A stretch of 64,000 nt of DNA from an uncultured Gammaproteobacteria bacterium (GTDB lineage Bacteria; Patescibacteriota; Patescibacteriia; Magasanikbacterales; GWA2-37-8). The notes beneath the pieces were generated by a model. The model was not told where the DNA came from. It did not search any database and was given only the letters and a program-made list of their open reading frames with translations. Where the stretch lies: positions 10,530 to 74,529 of the forward strand of contig CAZETA010000002.1 in NCBI GenBank assembly GCA_964514995.1, read 5' to 3'. Positions 48,244 through 57,327 of this stretch are shown in pieces. A program made the translations under genes and the position numbers. The stretch's first letter is position 1; each line of letters begins with the position of its first letter.

Positions 48244-48948
48244 TTATAAAGATAGGGTACTCTTTAAAAATTCAATTGATTCTTGCTTCATTATATCAAT
48301 AGCTAGATCAGTATTCAAGAGTTCTATCTTTGTGCCTCTATTCTGAAAAAGTTTTTGATACTCGGTCGACAGATATGTGGACATAGCTTTTTGTTGGAAG
48401 TCTAGCTTGTCAAAAATAACATCATCTTGTTTTTCGTACCGGGTTGCAAGCCGCTGTTGGGCGGTTTCCGGGCTCATTTCGATGATACAGAGGTAATCAG
48501 GCCTGTGTTCCAGAGCTAGAGCATTCCCTGGCAGTGTGCTTAGCCAATCAAGACTTAAATTTCCATTAAGCGATTGATAGCAGAGAGAGGTTGAGACGCC
48601 GCGGTCTTGGATGATATGTTTGTTATCTTTGAGAGCGGGGAGGATAATTTTTGTGTACAGGATGAGTCTATCTAGAGAATAAGCCTGGGCGATGGCCTCG
48701 TCAGCGTAGCTAGTTCCATTTTTAATCAATTCTTCACGGATGACTTTACCAATGCCGGTATAGGTAGGCTCGGCGCTCAAAATAAAATTATAGGGCCTGA
48801 TCTCTTCGTAATTCGGATAGCGATTGTTTTCCAGCAGGTATTTTTTGAGGTCAAAGACAGAGAAATTTTGTTCCTCTAAATATTGTTTCCATGCTTCCAC
48901 AATTGTACTTTTTCCGCCACCTTCGATGCCGTCGATCATGACGAACAT
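48244..48948 (-). CDS. tmk: Thymidylate kinase-like P-loop kinase
   Basis: P-loop (DGIEGGGKST), TxEPxxT-like (SAEPTYTGIGKVIR) and a DRxxxSxxxYQ-like block (DRGVSTSLCYQ). Confidence 0.6.
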   Translation of the reverse strand: MFVMIDGIEGGGKSTIVEAWKQYLEEQNFSVFDLKKYLLENNRYPNYEEIRPYNFILSAEPTYTGIGKVIREELIKNGTSYADEAIAQAYSLDRLILYTKIILPALKDNKHIIQDRGVSTSLCYQSLNGNLSLDWLSTLPGNALALEHRPDYLCIIEMSPETAQQRLATRYEKQDDVIFDKLDFQQKAMSTYLSTEYQKLFQNRGTKIELLNTDLAIDIMKQESIEFLKSTLSL

Positions 48949-48953
48949 ACTGT

Positions 48954-49448
48954 TTATTTTTTAGAATATGTAACAAAAGAATAACCGGAATGATCTTCGC
49001 GCCAAGTTTCTTGCCAGGTATGCATATCAATGATTGGAAAAAATACATCACCGTCTGGCTCCTGGTCGATCCAGGTGATATAGAGCGTGTCAACTCGGTC
49101 TATCGTTTGTTTGTAAATGCTGGCCCCGCCGCAGATAAACACATCTTCGTCTTTTAGTTTATCCCAGACTTCGTCCAGAGAATAGCATACGCGGACGCCT
49201 TCGGGCGGTTGAAACTCCTTATCAATAGTTACCACTACCGTGTCTCGGCCGGGAAGTGGCTTACCCAAGTATCCGAGGATAGATTCAAATGTTTTTTGTC
49301 CCATCACACAGGTTTTGCCTAAAGTGGTTTTTTTGAAATACTGAAAATCCTCTGGTACGTTCCAGGGGATTTTGTTATTTTTTCCAATACAATTGTTTTT
49401 TGCCACCGCGGCAATGAGAGAAAAAGACATGTTAGACAGCGATATCAA
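48954..49448 (-). CDS. folA: Dihydrofolate reductase
   Basis: 'LIAAVAKNNCIGKNNKIPW...DFQYFKKTT...VMGQKTFESI' DHFR signature; overlaps thyA by 17 nt. Confidence 0.8.
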   Translation of the reverse strand: MISLSNMSFSLIAAVAKNNCIGKNNKIPWNVPEDFQYFKKTTLGKTCVMGQKTFESILGYLGKPLPGRDTVVVTIDKEFQPPEGVRVCYSLDEVWDKLKDEDVFICGGASIYKQTIDRVDTLYITWIDQEPDGDVFFPIIDMHTWQETWREDHSGYSFVTYSKK

Positions 49449-50304
49449 ATTTGATAGTTGGATAGCTTTGATAATTTAATATTTCCGTATCTTCAGCCTT
49501 CCAGTCAAAAATTGAGGTAAAATTATTTGTTTGTATTCTGGGCAGAGGGTAGAGGTTTGGATCTCGGGCCAACTGTTCTTTCAAGCCCTCAACATGGTTG
49601 AGGTAGATATGTGTATCAGCCAAGAAGCCAACGAGCTTGCCTTCCTCGTAGCCGGTTTCTTTGGCTAGGAGATGGAGCATAGTGGCGTAGCTGGCAATAT
49701 TGAAGGGAAGTCCGAGAGCAACATCTACTGACCGCTGGTTCCATAGTACATTAAGTTTTCCATTTATCACCGTTACTTGGAAGCCATAATGACAGTAGGG
49801 CGGCACAGCCTTGTCTACGTCCATGGGATTCCAGGCCATGACGAGCATTCTGCGGCTGGAAGGGTCTTTTTTGAGGGTGTCTACTAATTTTTTCAGTTGA
49901 TCAATTCCTTGGCCTGTATAGTCCGTATCATAGGTTTTGTAGGTAGCGCCGAAATGCCGCCATTCCCAGCCATAGATAGTTCCAAGATCACGCTCATCGA
50001 GCATTTTTTTCTTTGTTTCTTCATCTTTGCCGTATTGCACCTTTAACGGCGTGCACCATTCATCCCAGATATGATTGTTTCTATCTTGCAGCCATTTTTT
50101 GTCGGTAATGCCTTTGATAAAAAATTCAAGTTCTGAAGCGACAAGACGGTAGGGGACCTTCTTCGTTGTCAGGAGTGGAAATCCTTTGGACATGTCGTGC
50201 TCAAACATAGCTCCGGCAATCGCAATAGTGCCCGTACCAGTACGGTCTTCTTTTTTTTCGCCATGTTCTAATATCTTACGGATTATGTCCAGGTAGGCTT
50301 GCAT
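49432..50304 (-). CDS. thyA: Thymidylate synthase (ThyA)
   Basis: DRTGTGT near the N-terminus and a full-length ThyA pattern including catalytic Cys (PPYCH). Confidence 0.92.
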   Translation of the reverse strand: MQAYLDIIRKILEHGEKKEDRTGTGTIAIAGAMFEHDMSKGFPLLTTKKVPYRLVASELEFFIKGITDKKWLQDRNNHIWDEWCTPLKVQYGKDEETKKKMLDERDLGTIYGWEWRHFGATYKTYDTDYTGQGIDQLKKLVDTLKKDPSSRRMLVMAWNPMDVDKAVPPYCHYGFQVTVINGKLNVLWNQRSVDVALGLPFNIASYATMLHLLAKETGYEEGKLVGFLADTHIYLNHVEGLKEQLARDPNLYPLPRIQTNNFTSIFDWKAEDTEILNYQSYPTIKFDIAV

Positions 50305-50306
50305 AG

Positions 50307-50570
50307 CTATTCAATTGTTTGTTGTGGGCGTCCACCTGTTTGTTTGGGCCTCCTTGGCTTTTCTAAGGCCGCCCTAGGAATTGGTGGAGGTGTCTTTTTT
50401 CTTTTTTCAGCTTCTTCATCTAATTTTTGAGAAAACTGAGTTTCAGTTGCTATTCTCTTTTCTAGGTTTGCTTGCATCTCTGCTACCGCCGGATCAACTT
50501 GATTGATAACATCGTCCATATGCCTTTCTTTACTTCTTAGCATGTCTGGGATTCTTGGTCTTTCGCTCAT
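50307..50570 (-). CDS. Small hypothetical protein (basic/Pro-rich C-terminus)
   Basis: ORF only. Confidence 0.3.
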   Translation of the reverse strand: MSERPRIPDMLRSKERHMDDVINQVDPAVAEMQANLEKRIATETQFSQKLDEEAEKRKKTPPPIPRAALEKPRRPKQTGGRPQQTIE

Positions 50571-50600
50571 ATATTTAATTTTAAATAAATGAATTTATAT

Positions 50601-51032
50601 TTACGCTCCCGTACTCCCAAATCCGCCACGACTGACTTCGTTCATTTGATCCACTTCTTCCCACTCACCTCTGTCTATGCGGACAAAGACAGCCTGGCCG
50701 ATACGTTCGCCTTTGGCGACGCTCACTTCTTGGTCAGTGAAGTTGTATACCTGCATCATAACTTCGTCTTGTTCGCCATGGTAGTCTTGATCAATTATAC
50801 CAATCCCATTACGCAGGATCAAGCCTTTTTTTCTGGGTGTGCTTGAGCGGCTGGCGACCATGAGCATGTAGCCCTCAGGGACTTCTATTATTAGATTAGT
50901 TGGTAAAAGAACAAGCGCTTTTGGTTGGATGGTCATGTCGATGCGGCTGGAAAGATCAAAAGCGACCGCTCCGCTTGTTTGATAGGCGGGGAGGGGGATA
51001 GAGGTGTCAATTCTTTTGATTTTTACCTGCAT
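50601..51032 (-). CDS. dut: dUTP diphosphatase
   Basis: dUTPase motifs (SGAVAFDL, RSSTPRKKGL, GIGIIDQDYHGE). Confidence 0.85.
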   Translation of the reverse strand: MQVKIKRIDTSIPLPAYQTSGAVAFDLSSRIDMTIQPKALVLLPTNLIIEVPEGYMLMVASRSSTPRKKGLILRNGIGIIDQDYHGEQDEVMMQVYNFTDQEVSVAKGERIGQAVFVRIDRGEWEEVDQMNEVSRGGFGSTGA

Positions 51033-51040
51033 AAACTTGT

Positions 51041-51607
51041 TTATTTTTTAGCCTTAATATCCGTTAGAATTTTTTCCATGTTAACAAAAAATTCTTCCTT
51101 AGTACCATCGTTAGTCAATGTATATTCTGCTTGTTTGCCTAGTTCTTTGATGAGCATATCAGCCTCAGCTTGTTCGTCTTTTAGAAATTGTTCAAAGGTT
51201 TTGTCGGCTTCGTCAGGATTTTCCTGGCGTAACACCATACGCTCCCATCGTGTTTTTGCATCAGCGGTAATATAGATGAGATGAAAACCTGTCAGCTCTT
51301 GCAGGTAGGTAATATCAGTCGGACGACGGATGCCTTCAACCGCGACGATGTTATTTTTGTCATTCAAAACATCTTTTACAATAACCTTGCTCATAATATC
51401 TTGTCCGTAGCGACTGCGCAGAAAAGTAGAGATATCTTGCAGGTTTTCTCGGGTTTTTTCTACATAGATTCTGTCAAGAATATCTCGCAGCATGGTGGAG
51501 AATCGATAGGCGTTTATGTCGTATTTTCCTTTCAGATATTGACAGATTGTGCCTTTGCCGCCGGCCAAATCACCGACAAATCCAAGGATTATTTTGTTGT
51601 TTTCCAT
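51041..51607 (-). CDS. P-loop nucleoside/nucleotide kinase-like protein (family uncertain)
   Basis: P-loop GDLAGGKGT; sits within the nucleotide-salvage cluster. Confidence 0.4.
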   Translation of the reverse strand: MENNKIILGFVGDLAGGKGTICQYLKGKYDINAYRFSTMLRDILDRIYVEKTRENLQDISTFLRSRYGQDIMSKVIVKDVLNDKNNIVAVEGIRRPTDITYLQELTGFHLIYITADAKTRWERMVLRQENPDEADKTFEQFLKDEQAEADMLIKELGKQAEYTLTNDGTKEEFFVNMEKILTDIKAKK

Positions 51608-51616
51608 AAAGAATAG

Positions 51617-52108
51617 TTATTTTGCCCAATCGCAAATATATTGGTGGTATTTAATCTGCGCCCCGTCAAGCATTCTTCTGGAGGCTTTCCAAACATCCGT
51701 ATCATGGTATTTATCACTTTCAAAGATTATTTCCGTGATACCATTTTGGATAAGAGTTTTAGCACATTCGTTGCATGGGAAAAGCGTGCAATAAATTTTT
51801 CCACCCTTTACTGAGACGGCAGAATTATAGACGGCATTTTCTTCGGCGTGACAGACAAAAGCATATTTTGTTTCCAAAAATGAACCTTCTCGTTCCCACG
51901 GGAGTTGGTCGTTATCGATGCCTCGAGGGAAGCCGTTGTATCCCATACCGACCACAACATTATCTTGATTGACGATGACAGCCCCAGCTTGGGTGGAAGG
52001 ATCTTTTGAGCGTTCGGAAATTACATGCGCCATCCGCATGAAACATTCATCCCAAGAAATGTAGTTTTCTCTTGCTGTTTGCATATCGTTTAAATTATAT
52101 TTATACAA
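51617..52108 (-). CDS. dCMP/cytidine deaminase family (ComEB-like) zinc deaminase
   Basis: Zinc-binding HAE and PCxxC (CHAEENAV...LFPCNECAKTL) motifs. Confidence 0.8.
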   Translation of the reverse strand: MYKYNLNDMQTARENYISWDECFMRMAHVISERSKDPSTQAGAVIVNQDNVVVGMGYNGFPRGIDNDQLPWEREGSFLETKYAFVCHAEENAVYNSAVSVKGGKIYCTLFPCNECAKTLIQNGITEIIFESDKYHDTDVWKASRRMLDGAQIKYHQYICDWAK

Positions 52109-52142
52109 TAAAGTCTAGCAAAACAATATTGCCTTGGCAAAT

Positions 52143-53195
52143 TTATATACTATGCAACTTTTTGTATTTTTCCGCCTCAAAAATGATTTTTTTGGCCACG
52201 GATAATGTATAGGCCGGACGGGCACTTAGGGCGGTTTCGTTGCATAGCATGATACCGTCCGCCCCGTCTAAGACAATATTGGTAAGGTCCAAAATATCCG
52301 AACGCAAAGGAATGTAGTTGTGGATACTGCCTTCCAAAATTTGTGAGGAGATGATGATTTGTTTTTTGTAATTCTTCACGGTTTGAATAGCTTCTTTCTG
52401 GACAATACCGAGGCGTTCAAACGGTATATCTAACCCAAGTTTGCCTCGATTGAGAAGAATCAATTGATAAAAATCATCCTGGCAGATTTCTTCTAAATGT
52501 TGTAAGGCTGTTTGTGTTTCTATCCGGGCGATAATTTTTGGCCGCCAGCTAAGTTCGGACAATTGTTTTATTTTTTCATTAATTACAGGGCTGGCATAGG
52601 AAATCGCCAGGTAGTCTGGCTTGACTTCTTCAAGAGCGGCTAATATGGTCCGCTGCCTGTCGATATAACTTTCGTGTTCGGTATGTTGGTGGATATGAAT
52701 AGCTAAGTTGGACTGGATAGTGCCTTCATTAAGAATTTTCACCCTGATCGTATCTTTATTTATAATTTCGGTGATTTGAAGGGCGATCTTGCCCTGGTCG
52801 ATAGAGGTAATTTGGTTGATGTATACTTGGTTGCCTAATTCAGGTGTGTGTATGTAGATAAATTCATCGTTTGGTTCTTCGGTTTTTAATTCTTTGATCG
52901 GAAACGCGGCTCGAATTCCGGAAACAGATTTAAGAGTTAATTCTTCATTTTCTAGTACCACTCGCGGATGTTGGGGGCTTGTTAGCCGCATTTGGTTTGA
53001 AGGAAGATTGACAATGATTTTTGCAGAAGAGTTTAGTTCGTCAATTACTCGCATGCCTTTTTTTATCCGCTCTACGCTTTCTTCGATTGGTCCGGGAGAA
53101 AAATTATATCGTAAAGCATCGGCACCAGCCAAAATAATCTTTCTGATTTTCTCTTCAGAGAATTCACTGAGGCTCAAAGAGGCAACGATAAACAT
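52143..53195 (-). CDS. Pyruvate-kinase-barrel-like protein lacking the canonical C-terminal domain
   Basis: PK-like blocks: IIARIET..AL.HLEEI, NRGKLGLDIP, IISSQILEGS and LDGADGIMLCNETA. Confidence 0.5.
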   Translation of the reverse strand: MFIVASLSLSEFSEEKIRKIILAGADALRYNFSPGPIEESVERIKKGMRVIDELNSSAKIIVNLPSNQMRLTSPQHPRVVLENEELTLKSVSGIRAAFPIKELKTEEPNDEFIYIHTPELGNQVYINQITSIDQGKIALQITEIINKDTIRVKILNEGTIQSNLAIHIHQHTEHESYIDRQRTILAALEEVKPDYLAISYASPVINEKIKQLSELSWRPKIIARIETQTALQHLEEICQDDFYQLILLNRGKLGLDIPFERLGIVQKEAIQTVKNYKKQIIISSQILEGSIHNYIPLRSDILDLTNIVLDGADGIMLCNETALSARPAYTLSVAKKIIFEAEKYKKLHSI

Positions 53196-53278
53196 ATATA
53201 GGGTAGAGTAGCTAATGTGGGTAGTGTACCTAGATTGTCTAGAAAAGCAAATCCCGCCTTGTCGGCGGGATTTGTGGT

Positions 53279-53953
53279 TTAAGCGCTTATTTTTACTGAC
53301 GGGCTCATCGTAGAGCAGAGGGTAATGTTTTTTAGGAAGGTTCCTTTGGCCGTGGCCGGCTTGGCTTTCTGTAAGGCATCTAAAAATGCTTGGATATTTT
53401 GTTTTAGTTTGTCTTCGCCAAAGCTGATTTTGCCGACTGCCTGATGGACATTTCCGCCATCGTCATTTTTGAAGGTGACTTTGCCTGTTTTGAGATCTTC
53501 AACCATTTTTTTGATATTGGTGCCAACAGTATCAGATTTTGGATTCGGCATGAGGCCTTTTGGACCGAGGACTCTGGCGACGGCTGCCATCTTCGGCATC
53601 ATATCAGGAGTCGTGATAGCTATATCAAATGAGAATTTGCCGGTATCTTTGATTTTTTTGATATCTTCTTCACCATAGACAAAATCTGCGCCAGCTTCTT
53701 TTGCCTCTTTTTCTTTTTCGGGGGCGACAAAAGCAGCAACGGTCTTTGATTTGCCGGTACCATGCGGTAAGACTACCGTAGCCCGAACTTGCTGTTCGGT
53801 TTTTTTGGTATTGATGCCTAAGTTAGCGTGAATTTCAACGGTTGCATCAAATTTTGTGATAGACACTTCTTTGAGAAGCTTGAGGGCTTCATCAAGTGAG
53901 TAGACCTTATTTTTGTCTACTTTAGCCAGACTGGCTGCCATTTTTTTTGACAT
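53279..53953 (-). CDS. rplA: 50S ribosomal protein L1
   Basis: Full-length L1 pattern; start moved to the MSKKMAAS Met. No rplK (L11) gene upstream. Confidence 0.9.
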   Translation of the reverse strand: MSKKMAASLAKVDKNKVYSLDEALKLLKEVSITKFDATVEIHANLGINTKKTEQQVRATVVLPHGTGKSKTVAAFVAPEKEKEAKEAGADFVYGEEDIKKIKDTGKFSFDIAITTPDMMPKMAAVARVLGPKGLMPNPKSDTVGTNIKKMVEDLKTGKVTFKNDDGGNVHQAVGKISFGEDKLKQNIQAFLDALQKAKPATAKGTFLKNITLCSTMSPSVKISA

Positions 53954-54012
53954 AAAATTATAGGTTAAGTGGTACAAACCCCCGAGTGTTCGGGGTCCCA
54001 CTGATGAGGGAG

Positions 54013-54041
54013 AGTATATATGGAAAGGGCGATTTTGTCAA
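54013..54041 (-). promoter_or_regulatory. Sigma70-type promoter for rplA (minus strand: TTGACA-17-TATACT)
   Basis: Consensus hexamers with a 17-nt spacer, followed by leader hairpin CCCCGA-acac-TCGGGG before the rplA start. Confidence 0.55.
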
Positions 54042-54057
54042 TATGCATAGGTTTTTA

Positions 54058-54086
54058 TTGACAAGCAGTGGTATTTCATCTATACT
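54058..54086 (+). promoter_or_regulatory. Sigma70-type promoter (plus strand: TTGACA-17-TATACT), divergent from the rplA promoter
   Basis: Consensus hexamers with a 17-nt spacer; drives the small GC-anomalous ORF 54192-54446. Confidence 0.55.
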
Positions 54087-54191
54087 GAAGCCTTGTTGAT
54101 TTTTGTTTTGGGGAATTTTGCATAATTTTTTGTGTAAACTTTCCCCGAAATAAGAAGTTTAACCACAGACTAACAGGTCGGGGGGCCTGTT

Positions 54192-54446
54192 ATGATTGGA
54201 GACCGAGAAGAAATGGATGGTCCAGTCTGCCGTCACTCCTTCTATTCGTTGAGCTACACGTCTACAGGTGCTGATGGCCAGCCCAAGGTGCGCCTTCGGC
54301 AGGTTGTGTGTAGGTCGTGTGGAGAGGGAAGTGGCGTCATGCAGGTCTCTCATGACGCGACCGTTGGCCACGAGTCAATTGAATCTCGTCCCGAAGAGCT
54401 TGCCACGAGTGCATGCCCCATCGTGAATGCCCTGTTCACGATTTAA
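54192..54446 (+). CDS. Small Cys-rich (C-x2-H ... C-x2-C) hypothetical protein in a GC-elevated segment
   Basis: Promoter upstream, G6 RBS-like 8-13 nt before the ATG, and a terminator downstream. Composition is atypical for this genome; a structured ncRNA is an alternative. Confidence 0.4.
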   Translation: MIGDREEMDGPVCRHSFYSLSYTSTGADGQPKVRLRQVVCRSCGEGSGVMQVSHDATVGHESIESRPEELATSACPIVNALFTI

Positions 54447-54530
54447 GCACGTCACTTTCACCGTCGTCCCGCCTTTAGCGGATAAAGTAGTTATCCATTA
54501 GAGGCGACGGTGAATTTCTTTATTATATAC

Positions 54531-54566
54531 AAAACACTCTTTTTGCGAAGGGTGTTTTGTTTTTTA
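54531..54566 (+). terminator. Rho-independent terminator (AACACTCTT-tttgcg-AAGGGTGTT + T-run)
   Basis: 9-bp stem with one G:U pair, then TTTTGTTTTTT. Confidence 0.55.
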
Positions 54567-54685
54567 AGACCCTTGTCAACTATTACAGTGTGTAGTAGAA
54601 TATATAAGTTAATTTTAATTTTTATATTCTAATTCGTTTAGAAATAATCAAGAACATTTGATTGTTTCTTTCCTTCATTTCGTAC

Positions 54686-55171
54686 ATGAAAAATAAGTTA
54701 GGGGTATTGGTAAGTTTAGGCGCGTTAGTAATTTTGGTGGGAGCCGGCTGTTCTTCAAAAACCAGTGTTACTACCGAGGCCAATAATGCCGACAGGACCG
54801 CAGAGACGAATTCTGCTAATATGACACAGCCAGAATCAACTACTGAAACTCAACCAGCGAGTGAAACTGAGACTAGGCCAGTAGTAGAAGTAAAAACCGA
54901 AACTACAGTAAAAACAGAGGTAGAAACAGGCAGATCAATGCTCACTATGGCAGAAGTTGCCAAACATAATGTAAAAGAGGATTGCTATATCGTAGTGCGA
55001 GACATGGTGTATGATGTTACCAAAGGTATCGATCAGCATCCAGGCGGACCAGATAAGATTATTCCTTTGTGCGGCAAAGACGCTACAGCTGCTTTTTCCG
55101 GTCAGCACGGAGGTCAGCCGCAGCCAGAGGCAGCGCTTGCCAGTATGAAAATCGGCGCACTACAGAAATAA
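54686..55171 (+). CDS. Lipoprotein with C-terminal cytochrome b5-like heme-binding domain
   Basis: Lipobox (LVGAGC), a T/E-rich linker, and HPGGPDKIIPLCGKDATAAF typical of a cyt-b5-like domain. Confidence 0.5.
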   Translation: MKNKLGVLVSLGALVILVGAGCSSKTSVTTEANNADRTAETNSANMTQPESTTETQPASETETRPVVEVKTETTVKTEVETGRSMLTMAEVAKHNVKEDCYIVVRDMVYDVTKGIDQHPGGPDKIIPLCGKDATAAFSGQHGGQPQPEAALASMKIGALQK

Positions 55172-55226
55172 TTATTCATAAATAAAAAAGACCTCATAAA
55201 TGGGGTCTTTTTTATTATGTATATTT

Positions 55227-55775
55227 TTATTTCAGCAGATGAGAAAATTTTTGTTTGAGTTTGACGATCTTGGGGTCAATTACAATTTGGCAGTATGGTT
55301 TGTTCTGGTTATTGGCGTAATAATTTTGATGATAGTCTTCGGCCGGGTAGAAAACGTCTAAAGGCTTAATTTCGGTCACAATAGGTTTGCTGAATGTTCT
55401 GTTATTGGTTAGATCTTCGACAAATTTTTCCGAAGCCCGTTTTTGTTCATCGGTAGTGTAGAAAATTGCGGAGCGGTATTGGTTGCCGATGTCATTACCT
55501 TGCTGGTTGAGAGTGGTGGGGTCATGTGAGGAAAAAAACACAGACAGCAATTCTTCCATACCAATAATGCTCGGGTTGTAGTCGATTTTGATGGCTTCGG
55601 CATGCCCTGTATCGCCACCGCAGATTTGTTCGTATGAGGGATTTGGCACCGTGCCTCCCGTATAGCCGGAAGTTACGCCCTCGACGCCTTTGAGTCGGTT
55701 AAAAATCGCCTCCACGCACCAGAAGCAGCCACCAGCGAAGATAATTGATTGAATAGAACTCATCTTATCTTGCAT
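55227..55775 (-). CDS. msrA: Peptide methionine sulfoxide reductase MsrA
   Basis: GCFWC active-site motif. Confidence 0.9.
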   Translation of the reverse strand: MQDKMSSIQSIIFAGGCFWCVEAIFNRLKGVEGVTSGYTGGTVPNPSYEQICGGDTGHAEAIKIDYNPSIIGMEELLSVFFSSHDPTTLNQQGNDIGNQYRSAIFYTTDEQKRASEKFVEDLTNNRTFSKPIVTEIKPLDVFYPAEDYHQNYYANNQNKPYCQIVIDPKIVKLKQKFSHLLK

Positions 55776-56343
55776 TCTTGAGAGCTTTTGCCCACCACAA
55801 GAGCTGAGCGATCATTTTTTGGGCCTGATCGGTCGCTTTTGCGAACATATCGGCAGCTTGAGCGTGACCGAATAGGACAGGGAAGTATTCGTTGCCGAGG
55901 AAGTGTACTGCTTCACGAACTGGCGCCATTTGTAGTTCTACAGCCATTAGACGTAAGTGTTCCACAGCTCGAGCGCCACCGACACTGCCATAACTCACAA
56001 AACCGACAGTTTTATTGTTCCATTCTTGGTAAACCCAATCTAAGGCGTTTTTAAGAACTCCCGAAGTGCTATGGTTGTATTCTGGAGTAACGATAACATA
56101 GGCATCTCCCTCTGCGATTTTGGCGGTAAATCTGGCTACCTCGGGGTTTTTGTATGGCTCTTGTTTATAGGCTGGGCTGACCGGTTCGTTGAAAAATGGC
56201 AGGTCAAAATTTTTTAAATCCAAAATTTCAACATTCACACCTTCTGCCTTTTTTAATTCCTCGGCGATCCAAGCGGCCGGCTTGTCGCCGAACCTGCCTT
56301 CACGAGTGCTGCCGACAATGACTTTAATAGAAAGGTTATTCAT
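55765..56343 (-). CDS. NAD(P)H-dependent FMN reductase (flavodoxin-like fold)
   Basis: FMN_red-like motif 'IVGSTREGRFGDKPAAW...VIVTPEYNHSTSGVLKNALDW'. Confidence 0.75.
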   Translation of the reverse strand: MNNLSIKVIVGSTREGRFGDKPAAWIAEELKKAEGVNVEILDLKNFDLPFFNEPVSPAYKQEPYKNPEVARFTAKIAEGDAYVIVTPEYNHSTSGVLKNALDWVYQEWNNKTVGFVSYGSVGGARAVEHLRLMAVELQMAPVREAVHFLGNEYFPVLFGHAQAADMFAKATDQAQKMIAQLLWWAKALKNAR

Positions 56344-56412
56344 AGTAGGTATGTTTAAAAATAAAATACTACGGAGTGTAGTATAGCAGAAAAAAACAAA
56401 TGCGCAAGTCGA

Positions 56413-57327
56413 TCAGTTTAGTTTTTTGATAGCGCCAGTGTCGCCATTTATTTCTACCACATCTCCGTCTTGCAATTTGAGTGTGGCGTTACGGGCGCCA
56501 ATAATTGTTGGTATTGTATACTCCCGGGCAATGATAGAAGCGTGCCCGAGCAATCCGCCTTCGTCAGTGATAATGCCTTTCGCAGTAGATAGTTTAGAAA
56601 ATTGATAAGGGAGCGCCGCTTTTAGCACGGCGATTTTATCTGTAAAATCAGCTTGGTCGTCCCATAGCTTCACTTCGCCAGACACAGTGCCAGCATAGGC
56701 GACATTGCCTTTCAAAAATATATCATTACTGCTTTCTTTGTCTGGTTTATCAAAAAAAGCTATAGCTCGATCAACGATAGGCAGCACCTCCAGACAAGTG
56801 GCAACGGCCTTTTCGTCGCCGAGCTCTTGAGCAAACTGTTGAGTTTCGGTGACAAACTTTTTCCATCTGATAAATTTATTTTTATCGAAGACAGCTAAAC
56901 CGCCGTGATGGCCTTGTTCGTAAAACTCGATGATTAATTTGCGATGATAAATACCGGCCCAGGGACTTAGGATTCGTATATCCGTGTCCTCCGGATGGGG
57001 TTGGGTATGAGTGAATCTATCTTCGGCTAAAATGCCGACATGCGGCAGTGGATGAAAGTCAGGAGTAATATCATGTTTTGCTATATATTCTTTTAGCGCC
57101 GCCTCTTCCTCGCTGTCCTTGGGAGGAAAAAGTGATACCTCCTCTTCTGGTTTAACCCAAGGCCAGACTGTGCGACAGACGAGGATATCCATTTGTTTGT
57201 CCCGGAAGGTGACTGGATAGCTGGAGATGACCATAGCAGCTTCGCCAGTCACATACCAATCGCTGGGATTTATGTTCCAGGTGAGTAATAATTTTTTTAA
57301 ATCAGTCAGTGCAGCAGTAGGGATCAT
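56413..57327 (-). CDS. Protein with C-terminal PEP-utilising-enzyme mobile domain; N-terminal region uncharacterised
   Basis: 'GIITDEGGLLGHASIIAREYTIPTIIG' phosphohistidine-domain signature. Confidence 0.55.
   Translation of the reverse strand: MIPTAALTDLKKLLLTWNINPSDWYVTGEAAMVISSYPVTFRDKQMDILVCRTVWPWVKPEEEVSLFPPKDSEEEAALKEYIAKHDITPDFHPLPHVGILAEDRFTHTQPHPEDTDIRILSPWAGIYHRKLIIEFYEQGHHGGLAVFDKNKFIRWKKFVTETQQFAQELGDEKAVATCLEVLPIVDRAIAFFDKPDKESSNDIFLKGNVAYAGTVSGEVKLWDDQADFTDKIAVLKAALPYQFSKLSTAKGIITDEGGLLGHASIIAREYTIPTIIGARNATLKLQDGDVVEINGDTGAIKKLN

Noticed and set aside
54160-54520. RNase P or cobalamin riboswitch hypothesis for the GC-elevated segment upstream of rplA
   Set aside because: Conserved cores not found. 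The promoter-RBS-ORF-terminator layout favours a small protein gene, but an ncRNA is not excluded.
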